From Bilabrum cf. latius (Eukaryota), in contig OZ237743.1 in assembly GCA_965178125.1 (NCBI GenBank), forward strand, positions 1,054,001 through 1,118,000: DNA of 64,000 bases. Reading direction: 5' to 3'. Shown in pieces: positions 37,845 to 50,401 of the stretch; the stretch's first letter is position 1; each line of letters begins with the position of its first letter. The translations under genes were made by a program, and so were the position numbers. A model generated the notes under the pieces. That model was not told the DNA's origin. It did not search any database and saw nothing but the letters and a program-made list of their open reading frames with translations.

Positions 37845-38159
37845 GGCCTGCGAACAGAGGTAAGATACCTATGCGATGCCTCAGAACTAGTTTGGTGTTG
37901 CCCAGGTGCCCCCAAGCGAGCAACCACGTATGCACTCGGCCGACATTCGCAACTATACGAGTTGATGAATGCACTCGTTATAGGCATAAACTCACTTTCC
38001 GACGTTTGCGCTGGCTAGCGCAGTTTTGTTTTGTCTTTCCGTTGGAAAGATTGTAACGTGTGCTGCCGGAGCCTATTCCAGATTATAGTACGCTCGCCTC
38101 CGCGAGCATACCGCGAGAAAAAAACGCAGCTGCTGTTGTGATTTTGCCTAATATTATTC

Positions 38160-41065
38160 ATGGATTCTGCAGTAGTGAGATTGCTACGCGACTCGTTCCA
38201 CATGGTGATGCTCTGGGGGCACTCATCTCCCAACGCCATTAACTGCAACTGTAGCAGCCTATTCCATGGATTCAAAGCAACACGCGGAAACCAGCACTCA
38301 TTAAGATGCCGTACATTGTGCTGTAATTTTATTTATACTGTGCGCAGCCAAGGCATCTTCGGCCAGACGATATCGAGGATGTGCAAGATGACGACCTCAT
38401 GGACTTCGATGAGCAGGCCAAGCGCGAAGAAGAAGAGGACGATGAAGATGAAACGTCCGAGGAGGAAGTGGAAACAGGGTTGACAGAAAACTAGGGGCGA
38501 ATGCTATATCTCATAGGCCTCTACGCCAGACCGGCACGGACGGGAGCAGACAAGGAGGAATGGATGAGGCGACAGGCTCTGCTGGTGATGCTCTACGAAG
38601 GGATTGTTGCGGAGCTGTTCGACTACGATTACGCCCCTGCATCCATGTTTCTAGAAGACAAGCGAAGGTACTTTAACAAGTCGCAGGAGGGCGCGAGCGA
38701 CATTGATTACCTCAGGGAGGAAGAGCTCGTCAACGGCCTCAAGCTCTCCTCCAAATCGTACGTGCCCGTGACCTGCTACCAGATTTCGAAGAAAGGAATG
38801 GACCTCATCCGACGGATGCCAAAGGCAGACAAGGACGCCGTGCACGAGCTAGTGTTCTCCCCCGGCACCAGAGAGCTGCTTAGGATCGAGTGGAGGGGCG
38901 AGCAGTACGCTCTCATCGGTGCCGGGGGGTACGAGAGAATCTCTACCGTCACGGAGGTAGAGGACGTGTCATACGTCTCATCTGCGTACGTGCCACAGTG
39001 CCTGCGATTCGGGGGCCGCCCGACCCTATCCAATGCGCACAGAGCCGGAGAGTGCGCGGTCAGCGTCAGCAACATCAGGGACGAGCTGGACGAGGTGATC
39101 ACCCTGAATAGCGTGTCCATCATCGTGGCGGAGTTCATCCCGTTCGGTGCCAACCAAATCGTCACGATGAACAATAACTTGGGATCCACGGAGCGCGTGC
39201 AAGGCGGTTTCTTCACGGCTCTGATCGACGAGGACTCAGCGGGCACAAAGTTCGAGGTGGAGCCGGGGCTTACTTCCGTGAACATCCTCGACTACACGCT
39301 GACCAAGCACGTCAACTTTGAGGCGGACATCCACCTGCCGGAGGACGAGGGCATCGTGTAGGTGGAGACGTTCGGGGTGTCTCTGAACGCCGACGGAACG
39401 TGCTTTTACGGCATGCAGGTGGAGGCCGTCATGGATCGAATCAAGGACAACGTCTCGCTCGACCACCTGTCCCGGCTCCTCGTTGACGTGGCCACGGACT
39501 CTTCCACCATCGTGGACTCTGTCATCAGCGCGTACCAGCGAAAGCTCATGAACCTCGTGTTCAACGGGGACGCCGAGCAGCGAGACAAAGTGAACCTCAT
39601 CATCGCGAACGAGATCACGCCGCACCTCACCGCAGAGGAATACATGGACAAGGGCGAGTACGAGAACGAGCTCAAGCAGGTCATTGGTGACACGCGGGCG
39701 GCCTTTGACATATCCGAGCACGACACGCTCATCTTCGGGGAGAACGGGCTGCTGCTCGCGGGCCCCAACTCGAGGCAGCACGAGCCTCTCCTCTGCGCCT
39801 TCTTGCAGTTCACGGCCATGGATCTCTTCTGCAGGAACTACTGGAACAGGCTGTTCCTCCTAAACGATGAGATGCGCGAGCTCAAGCGCCTCCTCAACAC
39901 GCATCACGAGGACCCGACCAGTCTGGAGAAGATCCGCGCCAAGATCCAGGTCTCTGCCGACAGGACCAGGCTGCTGGGCGAGACGCTGGGCTACCTGGTG
40001 GAGGCGCTTGAGGCCTCTGAAATCCCCCCAGAGCCGGCTGACGGCGCAGGCCGGGCATTGTATGACCGACTCCAGATCGCGGACCTGGCTGGGCAGCTCT
40101 CGATGCGCGTGCTGGACCTCAAGAAGAACATGAGGGGGACGGAGCAGGAGCTTGAGTTCCTGAAAGGGCTGGCGGACGTGATCACGCAGGGGAGGCAGAT
40201 GAGGACCCAGGAACTGATCGAGTACAACTCGAGGCAGATGATGCTGCTGCACAGCACCGAGGAGCGCTCCGCCAACACGCTCGAGGTGCTGCAGTTCATC
40301 TTGTCGGCCATGCTGGCATTCGCGGTGATGGACAGGCTCACGGGGGAGTGGAGCATCAACGACCTGGCTTGGATGCAGGACTTCAAGGCGGCCATGCTGA
40401 CCGACAGCCCCGTGATTTGGTTCTTCTTCAACTTGATTTTCTGGGCTACGACGGCCTACGGGCTCTACAAGCTGGGCCAGTACCTCGTGTTCCTCTCCAT
40501 GGGACGGATCACGCTGCGGATCCGGGTCATGCAGCGGCTCAGCCCGACCAATTTCAACGCGCTGCTGCAGAGCAAGGAGACGTCTCTGGAGGACAAGGAC
40601 GTCGACGACTACAATACGATTGTTAGGATCATGTGGACCGAGAAGGACAGGGCGGCCTTCGGAGGCACCGTGCCAACCGTGCAGGTCGAGTACGACACGG
40701 ACACGGCGTTCCTGCACTACATCTACGTCTCCTACAACCGCCACTTAGCGAAGGCAGACGAGGCGCTCACGGCAGCGCAGGTTCGAAACCGGGTGGCGCA
40801 GGACTTTGTCTCTGCGGAGGTGTTCGAGGACAACCAGTACACGTTCGAGGAGGAGATTCTCGACGAGACGGGCGAGGTGGTGGACGGGCCCAGCGTGATG
40901 CCGATGGATGCGACGTCTGCTGCAGGGGCCACCCAGGCCGGCCAGCAAGAGTACGGCCCTGCCAGTGGCAAGAGCGCGGAGGGGCGGGCGGCCGACGGGG
41001 CCAGCTTCGGCAAGGGCGGCGGGGTGGGGAGCGAGAGCTTGGCGGGGTCTAGCGTGGTCGCATGA
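38160..41065 (+). CDS. Conserved-looking hypothetical protein, ~910 aa, with a coiled coil and two C-terminal TM helices (probable exons 38160-38174 and 38348-41065)
   Basis: Strongly biased codon usage. ORFs 38501-39361 and 39362-41065 are contiguous across TAG 39359, with another TAG at 38492 (LTEN*GRMLYLIGLY). The first micro-exon is tentative. Stop is TGA. Confidence 0.75.
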
Positions 41066-41285
41066 CAGTAGCGATGAATTGAATGGGGAGGGGCGTGCTT
41101 CCAGTGTGGTAGGCAAACTGTGTCCTGGCAAAATGGAGGTTCAATCAACACCCGACAAATCACTAACTGAACCCGAACATTTTGCAATCGAGTGAGTCTG
41201 TTCAATCAAAGCAGGAGTCTGCAAAACAGAATGTGTGCTTATCTGCGCCTGCTTGCCCGATCGAGTAAATATGCACCATTGAACT

Positions 41286-41969
41286 TCATGCCCGCTTCCA
41301 CACAGCGATACGCTCCCTTCCTCCCCTGCCTGGGTGCGACTTGCTCGCTTCCACCTCTTCGTCGAGCACGCACACGAGGCCGGCCTTTTCCATGTGCTCG
41401 GTGTAGATTTTGGTGGTGAGGGGAAATGGCGGGCCTTTCTTCCATTCCACGCTCTTGTCGTCTGGATCTGCCATCGGGAATTGCAGCGTAACCAGCAAGC
41501 CGTCCTTCTTGAGGACGCGCGCATGGGCTTCAGCGAGGGCTTGCCTATCGTCGATCTGCATGGCGCAGAAGAATGTGTAGTCATATACAATGTCCGCAAT
41601 GTTGGTTGGGACCCGTCCTGATCCACCTGGCAAGAGATAGTCGCCTACGATCATCTTCGTAGAGCCAGGGGAGGATTCGGTCTCGGCGAGGTACGCCTCC
41701 GCTGCCTTTGACGCCGTCTCAGAGATCTCAACTCCGAAGGTTGTGAATCCACGCTTAGCAAACGTGACCAGGTCGTAGCCCCGGCCACAGCCAGGTACTA
41801 CAGCTACCTTGCCTTTCCCATCCTTCGGAAGCGGCGAATCCTCGCGTTCGAGTAGATCAACGAGGGCCGGCGATGACTGTTTCGCGTCGAACCTGTCCCC
41901 AGGCTTGATTCCAGCTTTCCATGCTCCTTCCCATCTGTCTAGTCGCGATGATCCTGATGCTGCTGCCAT
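41286..41969 (-). CDS. Thiol/halide (TPMT/HOL-family) SAM methyltransferase, 227 aa
   Basis: VVPGCGRGYD, YDYTFFCA and GPPF motifs. Intact ORF ending in TGA. Confidence 0.88.
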   Translation of the reverse strand: MAAASGSSRLDRWEGAWKAGIKPGDRFDAKQSSPALVDLLEREDSPLPKDGKGKVAVVPGCGRGYDLVTFAKRGFTTFGVEISETASKAAEAYLAETESSPGSTKMIVGDYLLPGGSGRVPTNIADIVYDYTFFCAMQIDDRQALAEAHARVLKKDGLLVTLQFPMADPDDKSVEWKKGPPFPLTTKIYTEHMEKAGLVCVLDEEVEASKSHPGRGGRERIAVWKRA

Positions 41970-42150
41970 TCTTTTCGCGGTTGTTGCGCGCCGTCATCGT
42001 TCCGACGGCAACTGCGCAATGCTGTCCGAGTCGTGTGACGACTGCGTTCGGCTTCTGGAAGCTTGGCCCAATGCGTGTTAGCTGACCGCGGTTCTATCAT
42101 CCAATTGATACAAGTGAGAGGCATGGCGTCTAATGTCAGGTCAGCACGCA

Positions 42151-43248
42151 TTAAAACCGGTCTTTTCTCTTCCGACCCGAGTACTTGGAGTCCCTCTTGA
42201 CCTTCTTTCCCTTACCCTTGGCCTTGTCCTTTAGGTGCATGATCACATCCCTCCTCGTCACTGGTAGCTCCTTGCGCTGCCACTTGGTGCCCTTCTTCTT
42301 CCGGTACACTGGTTTGCTGCCCCCGCTGGGACGGTGGATCACCCTGACGCCAGCACCCACGGCGGGGCCGGTCGAGGAGGAGGAGGAGGCGTCCGCCCAT
42401 GCCGCCGCAGACGAGCTGCTGCCCCCACCCGCACCGCCCTTGGCAGCCCGCCCCAGCTCGCCCGCACCCTCCCCGATCCCCACCCCCATGGCCTCGTCAT
42501 CATCTTCATCTTCATCTTCATCCTCTCCATCCTCCATGCCTGCCACACCCGCGCCACCACCCGCGCCGGCACCCCTTTTCTGCTTGCCCTTCCTCCTCGT
42601 GATCCGCGCCGCTGTCCCCGGTGTGCCCGCGGAAATCACGAGGTAGTACTTCTTCGCCTTCGTGGAGTTGGGGTAGTCCACCACAAGACCCCCGCTGAAA
42701 CCGCATCGCATCGCGGTGGTGGTCAGCATCTCGAGCTGCTCCTCGTCCTTCGGGTAGAGCTGGAGGGCGGCCCGCCCGCCGCGGCGGAGGGCACCGTAGA
42801 GCGAATGAAAGAAGCGAGTAATTCGCTTCATCGGAGTGTGTCGCTTTTGCGTTGCAAAACACAACCACTGCACGGCGGACACGCTGATCACGCCGTCGAA
42901 CGTGCCAGGCCGGAAGCCGAAACCCTGCCCCATGTCGCAGAGGATCAGGTCGCCGGATGCCCCTCTCGCCTTCGCGATGCCAAGCATGTCCTTTGCGATA
43001 TCAAAACCAACCCATGCATGACCAGCTGCCGTAAGTGCGGCCCCACTGAGGCCCGAACCAACGCCAATGTCAAGAATAAACGCTTTCTTGCTCGGTGGCA
43101 TAGCGAGGAGCTCGATGCATCGTTCTGCCATCTGTGTCTAGACGGTAACCATTCGGCTGCTGCTCGTGTACTTCTCTGCCTCTGTTGAGGAATAAAAAAC
43201 ATCGGCCGGTGCAACCAGCTCCGGCCTCTGGCTGACATGAGTTGCCAT
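42151..43248 (-). CDS. BUD23: 18S rRNA guanine-N7 methyltransferase BUD23/WBSCR22, ~365 aa
   Basis: RPELVAPADVFYSSTEAEKYTSSSRMVTV(TAG)TQMAERCIELL, ILDIGVGSGLSG, GGLVVDYPNSTKAKKYYL, and C-terminal DSKYSGRKRKDRF followed by TAA. TAG at 43138. Confidence 0.95.
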
Positions 43249-43532
43249 CCTGATTCACTTGCAGTTGCAGTATAGTTCCCTTCTTTCCGTCAAAACAGCG
43301 AGACCCTCAGAACAAAGTTTGACGGGTGCAGTTATCTGAAACACCTTTGTAAATTTGTGAATGTGGCGACTGAGGTGTTCCGGCACCAATACGTGTGTCT
43401 TCGGTCGTGGATATTCCCCAGTTTTTGGTTCCGCAAGTATATGCGCGGCGCCACTGTGTCTCGAAATCCGATAGAAGCAAGAAAGGAAACTTCAAAGGCC
43501 GCATGCACACAACCCGAAACGTACCCTCGCAC

Positions 43533-46500
43533 TTATTTGTGTCCCCTGGCTTGGCTGCCGGAAGACCTCCGCCGCACTGCCACAGCTCGCCTGAACTCCA
43601 CCAGCCTCCTCGCGCGGTCCTCGGGCCCCCGCAGCCAGAACCGCCACGCCCTCCACCGCCCCATCGCGTGCACGCACCGCAAGTACCTATCGTGGTCTGT
43701 GGTGTAGGCCGCGTGCACCATGGCCCGGATCTGAGCGGCCTCGCCTCTCTCGCCGATTCCGGCATAGAGCCAAGACGGATGGGCACTGGTGCCGACTGGC
43801 AGAACCCGGGGTGCTGCTGCACCCTTCCCTGTCTTCTTGGTTGAGCCCTTCCCTGTCTTCTTGATTGATCCGCTGCCGAGGGAACCCTTGGGCGTACTAG
43901 AGGCCCAGCTGCCTTTTGCAGGCATCGCCGACGGCTTATTCATCGCTGGCATCTTCATCGCCGGCTTCTTCTCCGCCGGCATTTTTTTCAGCAACAGGGC
44001 TTCTGGGTTACCCGAGAAGTCAGCCCATGCGCCCAGCTTTGTGATCTTCTCGTGCTTGCTAGCCGGGAGCTGATCCGAATCGTCTATGTCATAGAAGTCG
44101 CCGTCGGTGTCGGTGTTGCTCCACGCCGCTTTCTTCGCAGCCACCTTTTTCGCCGCACCATACTGCGGTGCGGCCTCGTCAACCATGCGGCCGACGCCGA
44201 CGCCAGCGCCGAAGCCAGGCTGCTTCCTGCTGGAATCGGAATCGGACCCCGAGTCGGAGCTATGCGCAGGACGCGGCTGCCTCGGGGTGGGTGTGTCGGC
44301 TGGCCTTTGCCCTGCTTTCAGGTCCGTGCCGTAGTGCTTCATGAGCAGCTGCTTCAACCAGGGGCGCCTCGTCGGCTTCTTTTTCTCGTTGCCGTATCGT
44401 TGGACGGTGCAATACCCAACCTGCACCATGTCACTGGCGCCCGTGCTCTCCAACATGCTGGGAACGTCTGCAAGCACCCCGTCAAGGTCGATGCCAGAGC
44501 CCGCCATGAGCTCGTCGGCGCCTGCCTGCAGGTGCGCGATGGCCGCGGCAGTGTCCTCTTCCGACCCTGCGCTAAGCTGGTAGAAGCCCACTTTCGGGTC
44601 TCCGGGAAGCCATCCGCAGCGCTTCGTGGGATCCAGCTCGACCTTGCCCAGCTGGCCCCTGGCTGCCGCAGCTGCCACCAGCATCCTGTGCCTGTTGATG
44701 TGGGCCCTTGGGAACGGAATGTCGGCGAAGCTGTGCCTCAGCTTGGCTCCGTGCATGAGGAGCAGGAGAACCTTGTCCAGGGCGCTCTCGGCGTCCCTGC
44801 TGTACGTCTGTGCCGCAATCAAGATGGGTCGCCCACTCAGAAACTCGTTGCCTGGGCTGCTTGCATCGGCGCTGGCCCCTGCAGCCAGCAGGGCAGCAAC
44901 CGCAGAGAGGCCCCTCGCCATAATAGCCTCCCGAAGAGCCGACTGCGCTGCAATTGCCATCTTTTCAGAGTCCTTGCAGACGAGAAGAGCCACGTAGAAC
45001 GGGTCTGCGGTGCCAAACTCGGCCAGTTTCAGCAGCATGCGCTTGAGCCTGGGTGACGTCTCGGCCATTGAAGACACAGTGGCGAGCCCTGCGGCAGCGT
45101 CTGGATGGGCAGCTGCGAGGCACTTGACGGCCCCTGCGAGGTCTAATGCACCGGTGGAGCGTGCACTGCTGCCCATGCGAAGCGTCTCGCCCGGCAGTGG
45201 CACTGCGACTGCCCCTGCCCCTGCCCCCGCTCGAGTTGGCTAAGCCTCCGGTCGGGTGGGTGCGCGAGCCGCCAGCACGTTGAGGAGCATGCCGTCAGCC
45301 GCGGGCTGGTAGCCATCGTACCGCGGCCTACGCCTGAGTGACCACTAGTTATTGATCTGCCATTGGGACGACAGGGCCCCTGCGAGCTTGAGAGCGGGCG
45401 GCTCTAGCTTCACGAGCTCTTCAGCAGTGCCGGCTGCCTTGCTAGCCTGCTTTGCCTTGGATGGCTTCTTGTCCGCCTAGGCTTCCAGTACCTGGTACGG
45501 AGCCAGCAGTTCAGACAACGTGACCTTCTCGTTCTCGACTGGCAGTGCCGCGAATTCTGTGTGAGCGTGCACCATGCCTCGCGACACTCGGATGGACCCG
45601 AGGGCTGCACCAACGCCCGCTCGCAGCCACGCAGGCGTGCCCTCTGAGTCAATGACAATACCTGACAATTCTGTCAGCACGCCCTCCAGCTCTGCAGCTG
45701 CGGAGTCGTAGGCATCGGCGCTGCCTGCAGCGTTGCCGTCCGCCGTGCTCGGGCTCGCCTGAGACATGGCCAGCAACGCGCGTGCACCTCGCAGCACCGA
45801 GTGCACCGCCCTGCCTGCAGCCGCACTGTGGCCGTCATCGCCGCTGGCACCGCTTCCTGACGAAGCTGCTTCGGATTGGACGGTGCCGCGGTCGAGCCGT
45901 TTGGCTGCTGCTTCGAGAACGCTTGCAGCTGATGCGCCCGTCAGAAGCTACGCGTGATTTCTCCCGTACCCACCAGGTCGGACCTGGGGCCCCGGCGGCG
46001 AAGCCTAGGGGATGTGTGCTGGAGAGAGAACTAGTCCGGGGAGCTAAACACTCCCCTGGACGATCGGTTGAGGGACGTCACCGGCCGCAGGTGCTGGGGT
46101 AGGGGCTGGTCCTTCTCCACTGCTGGATCTAGTCATCACTGGCATTGGATGCATAGATGCTGCCTTCTTCTTTGACGCTCGTATCGGCTGTTCCGGCTAC
46201 GTTCCTGCATCTAGTGGCCTGGTTGACAGCATCCCCACGGTGAGATTGCTCAGGGGCTCATGCACGACCTGCTTGGCAAACCTTGCGAGTGCGGTGGAGG
46301 GCCGGGCGCCCATGCCATGGAGGGGCTAACTGACGTTGGTCTAGGTGTACCCTGCCAGCATGAACTCAAGATCGCGGCCACCTTTCAGGTCAATCGCTGG
46401 CAGAACTGCGCCACGGGCGGCGAGCGGGTCGGCTGTTGCAGCAGCGGTCGCGTCAGCCGCACTGGCTGCAGCACCGGGGGTGCCACTACCAGTGGCCTCG

Positions 46501-48272
46501 TCCAACAGAACCTTGGTGTTGTTTGCAATCTGCCGCATCCAGAGCCTCGCGTGTCCAAGCTCTGCCGCAGAAAGGCCCGCTGACTCGATCGGCGTCGGGT
46601 CCTTTGCCTTCCGCGCCTCACGAAGCATCTCGCTCACCGTCGTGCTAGCCCCACTGCCCTCGAGCATCTTCTTCTGCTCTCGCACCCACTCCTGCAGGTC
46701 TTGCTCCTCGCGCTCTGCCAGCGCAAGCAGAGCCAGCGACACCCACAGCCGTGCATCGCTGCCCCCATCGTTCACAGTGCTGGCGGGGTAGTGCAGGGGT
46801 GTCGCGCCCCTCGAGTTGCGGGCCACGAGGGCCCCTTCGGAGCCCGGCCTGAGGTGCGCCAGTGCCTTACCGAACCTGTCCTCCATCACGGTGATCTTGT
46901 ACGCGTCTGCATGCACCCTATTACCTGGAAGCAGCCCCTGATCTTGTTCCCCGTTGTCCAACAGACTCATTGCGCTGATCACGGCGTGAAGCGGCGCTTG
47001 CCTCTTGCGGCGGGTGGGGCGCAGCAAGTTCCCGAGTTTCCATTTCATCATGGTCAGTGGGATCGCAGCGGGGAGCATAAGGGAGTGCGGCGGGCCTCCA
47101 GGTAGCACTGCAGCCCTGTCAGCCGCGGTGGCGCCCCGGTCGTTGGCCTGCGCGCCGCGCTCCCAGCTTCCAGGCTTCGGGTGGTCGACGATCAACCTGC
47201 CGACGATGTCGTCTTCGAGGGGTCCCACACCCAGTTCCCTGGCGACCAGGGCGGCGAGGACGAAGAACTGGGCCGATCTGGCGCGGGTTGATTCTCGCTC
47301 CGGGTCCTGGAGGGCCTCACAGAGGGCGGGAGTGACGGGCGCGGGGGGCTCCCCAGCGATCGCCTGAGCCTGCTGCTGCAGCTGCTGTCTCGCTTGCCTC
47401 GCCTGCTGGGGGCCCATGCCGAACAAGTTGGCGTGCCCGTGCTGTACCAGTACCTGCTGCTGCGTCTCCCTCGCCTTTTCCTTCTATCGCTCCGTGGGCT
47501 CTGGGTCTGAGATCAGCCTGCCGCCGTCGGTGCGGGGCGTTGCAGGGGTAAGGTCCTGCATGGGAACACCCGTTGTTCTCTCTTGAAGGCACGTGCTCGC
47601 CCCCCGTGCAACCAGCACACGAACCACATTTGTGCGACGGGAAAACACTGCGAGCTGGAGCGGCGTGTCGATCTGTCGCTGCCCGATGGGCGCGGCTTCT
47701 GCGAACGGGCGAGCGTCCGGGTCCGGGTATAGGCCTGAATCCAGCAGCACAGCGCATGCGGCTGCTCTCCCGCGATGCGCGAGAAAATGTAGGGCGGAAA
47801 CCATTTGATTTTGTGGTTGCACGATACGTGGGGCCCATTGGTAACCACCAACCCGCGGCAACGACGTCGGCGGGACTTCAAACAGCAGGCTCGCGGGGGA
47901 TAAGGCACGGCTTGCACCCCACAGAAGTGCACGAGCGACAGACTCTTTCTCATCCGTAGATGTCGGCTTCTGCGACTTAAAAGCTTCAATCAGTGCCGTG
48001 CGAAGCTTTGCGTTGCCGTGGATCTTTGCAGACTCTAAAGCGCACTGCACCAGACTTTGGGCAGCGGCTCCTGCGACCTCGTCAGACATGGTTGGCAAGT
48101 CTGCTATAGCGTAAACCGCTTTAAAAGCAGCAATATCGTAGGATGCGGTCGAGTTGGCGCCGTTCAAAGAAGCATGAACGGCTGACTTCCATTCTTCTGG
48201 GGCTGAAGCAAGGGCTGTATTTAGCCTCATAACGGCTGAATCAATGGTCACGCGTCCTTCTGTTGACGACAT
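43533..48272 (-). CDS. Large ankyrin-like repeat protein, paralog 1, ~1579 aa
   Basis: ORFs 47484-48272, 46341-47426, 45477-45806 and 43533-45203 are one frame joined by ~10 TAGs. Ankyrin-like TPLQLAVF...VRVLVARGA and RNSRGATPLH. Stop is TAA. Colinear with 50402-55129. Confidence 0.7.
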
Positions 48273-48446
48273 CTGTCACAAAATATAAATTACACAATTT
48301 TGTGGCAGAAAATACCAGCAAAACGAGCAAGTAGTCGTGAAAAGCTGCGTTCTCGGGTACTGCCAGAGAAGCTGATCAGTTCCGGTTTTCCAAGTCGAAC
48401 ACAAATCATATTTCGAGGCCAGCAATCTCACGGTCCGAGCAGCAGT

Positions 48447-50220
48447 ATGGTTAGTGCAGCAAAAATTCAGAATATTCAGCTAGCATGCTCAGTTGCCCGT
48501 AAGTGTCATGCACAAAAAACATAAAAATGACGGACAGGCTACCACATACAGTTTTCCCGGTCCAACTAATCGCCGTTTTTCTATCCCAGGAGTGGACACG
48601 AACGTGTTTGTAGGAGTTCATCTATGGACGCCGTTTGGTGCTCGTGGTGTGTACGGCGGGCAGGTCGCTGCGCAAGCACTGTGCTCCGCGTGCTTCACGG
48701 TTCCGCACGGGTTCGCCCCTAACTCCCAGCACTGCATGTTTCTACGTTCAGCGGATGGCGATAGGCCGATCGTGTATACCGTGCATAGGATTCGAACGGG
48801 ACGCTCCTTTGCAACCCGATGGTGCGTTGCAACGCAGGCAGCAAAGCCGGTGTTCGCGTGCTCTGTGTCATTTCATACGGAGGACAAAGAGACGAGCCCA
48901 TTGGAGCACCAAGTAGACCCACCAATTATTGTCCAATCAACGGAAGCGCCTGATCCATCCACTAGGTCCCATCATGCGCGAAGCACCCCCAGATTGGATA
49001 GCAGAGCGACTGCCTTCTCCAGCCGAGCCACTCCCAGCCGCGTGGAGCCGCCAGAGGAGCTGCCGGGGCGGCGTGCCCGCTTCGAGCAGATGCTCCGCGA
49101 CCCTCGACTTCCAGAGGGCTATAAATACACCATTGAGGCGCGTAGAGACGCCGTGGATGACGTGATCGACATGCGGCCGTGCGGCCGAGAGGACCCACTA
49201 TACCAGGGGGCCAGACCCCCCGAGTACTGCGTCTGGATGCGCGCGGCGCCAACGATTACGGAACCTGACGGTGGCAACACACGCGGTGGCGAGAGGCAAG
49301 AAGTGGTGCAAGGCCAGCACACTCGTCACACCGCGGCACCGGAGCTGTCCGAAGCGGGTGCAGCAGGGGACCAGGGCAAGGCCACCCAACCGTCGAAGGC
49401 TGCGGCCCCTGGGAGCCGCCTGCAGCACGGGGGTGACGTTGATGATAATTGTGCCGAAGCTACTGCTGCCGGTGCCGCCGGTGCCGGTGCCTCGCTGGCC
49501 GGTAGTACTGCCCCGCTGGAGCCTTTGCTGGATTCTGGCTCCGGGTTGCTGGACAGGGTTCGCATGCCGGCGGAGGTGCGGTGCAGGCTCGCTTGTGTGG
49601 TCTCGTTCCTCAGCGATTTCAACCTCCTGGCGGCCGCCATGCGGCTGCACGGGTGGCCAAACCCGGAGCTCGGCATGATGGTGAGCCTCGACCACACTGT
49701 GTGGTTTCATCGCACTGCAGCGCTGGGATCGGAGCACGACTGGCTGCTGCTTCGGATGCGGTCGCCGAGCCTGAGCAGCGCGCGGGGCTTCGCGCTGGGC
49801 GAGATTTTCTCGAGGGACGGTAAGATGATTGCAAGCTGTGCCTAGGAGGGTCTCATCCGCATGCGGAAGGGATACAGGATGCCAAGTGGGGGATCGGATG
49901 GACATGGGGACGGTGATGCAGGAGGAGCCTCGTCCTCGACACACGGGCTGCCTCCTTCGTCACTGCGGGCCGCGGCTGCTGCTGCAGAGTTAAGCGATTC
50001 GGGTGCCAGCCAGAAGGATGGTAGTTCCAGTGGGATTGCTGCCTGCAGTGCATCCACTGCCTAGCAGCAGCCTGACGATCTCGTGAGAGTCGCGGTCTAT
50101 GGGAATCGCACGATGCCTGAGCGCGGAGGAGACATTGAGGCTGCTGCCTCTCTGAGCAGGGGATGCCGCGCAAACCTGATGTCTGCGTCAGCTTTGCAGG
50201 GATGGAGCAGCAAATTTTGA
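48447..50220 (+). CDS. ACOT8: Acyl-CoA thioesterase II (TesB/ACOT8-like), probably peroxisomal, exons 48447-48498 and 48590-50220, ~560 aa
   Basis: VYGGQVAAQAL, RIRTGRSFATR, SLDHTVWFH and ASCA(TAG)EGLIR. TAG at 49843 and 50062. Ends SKF-TGA, a PTS1-like tripeptide. Confidence 0.87.
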
Positions 50221-50401
50221 ATCTTGTTGTGCGTGAAGGTTCCGGGGAAGTGCTGTTGATGCCAGATCGACCCAAGTCTACGTGCCACAGTGCCAGCCTG
50301 GACAAGCAAACCGGAAGAAGCCGTCGAACAAGAACGGGGAATCAAAACGCCAGAGTGCAAGGAGCAACGACAATAAGCTGCAGTGCTAGTCGCGACATTT
50401 A

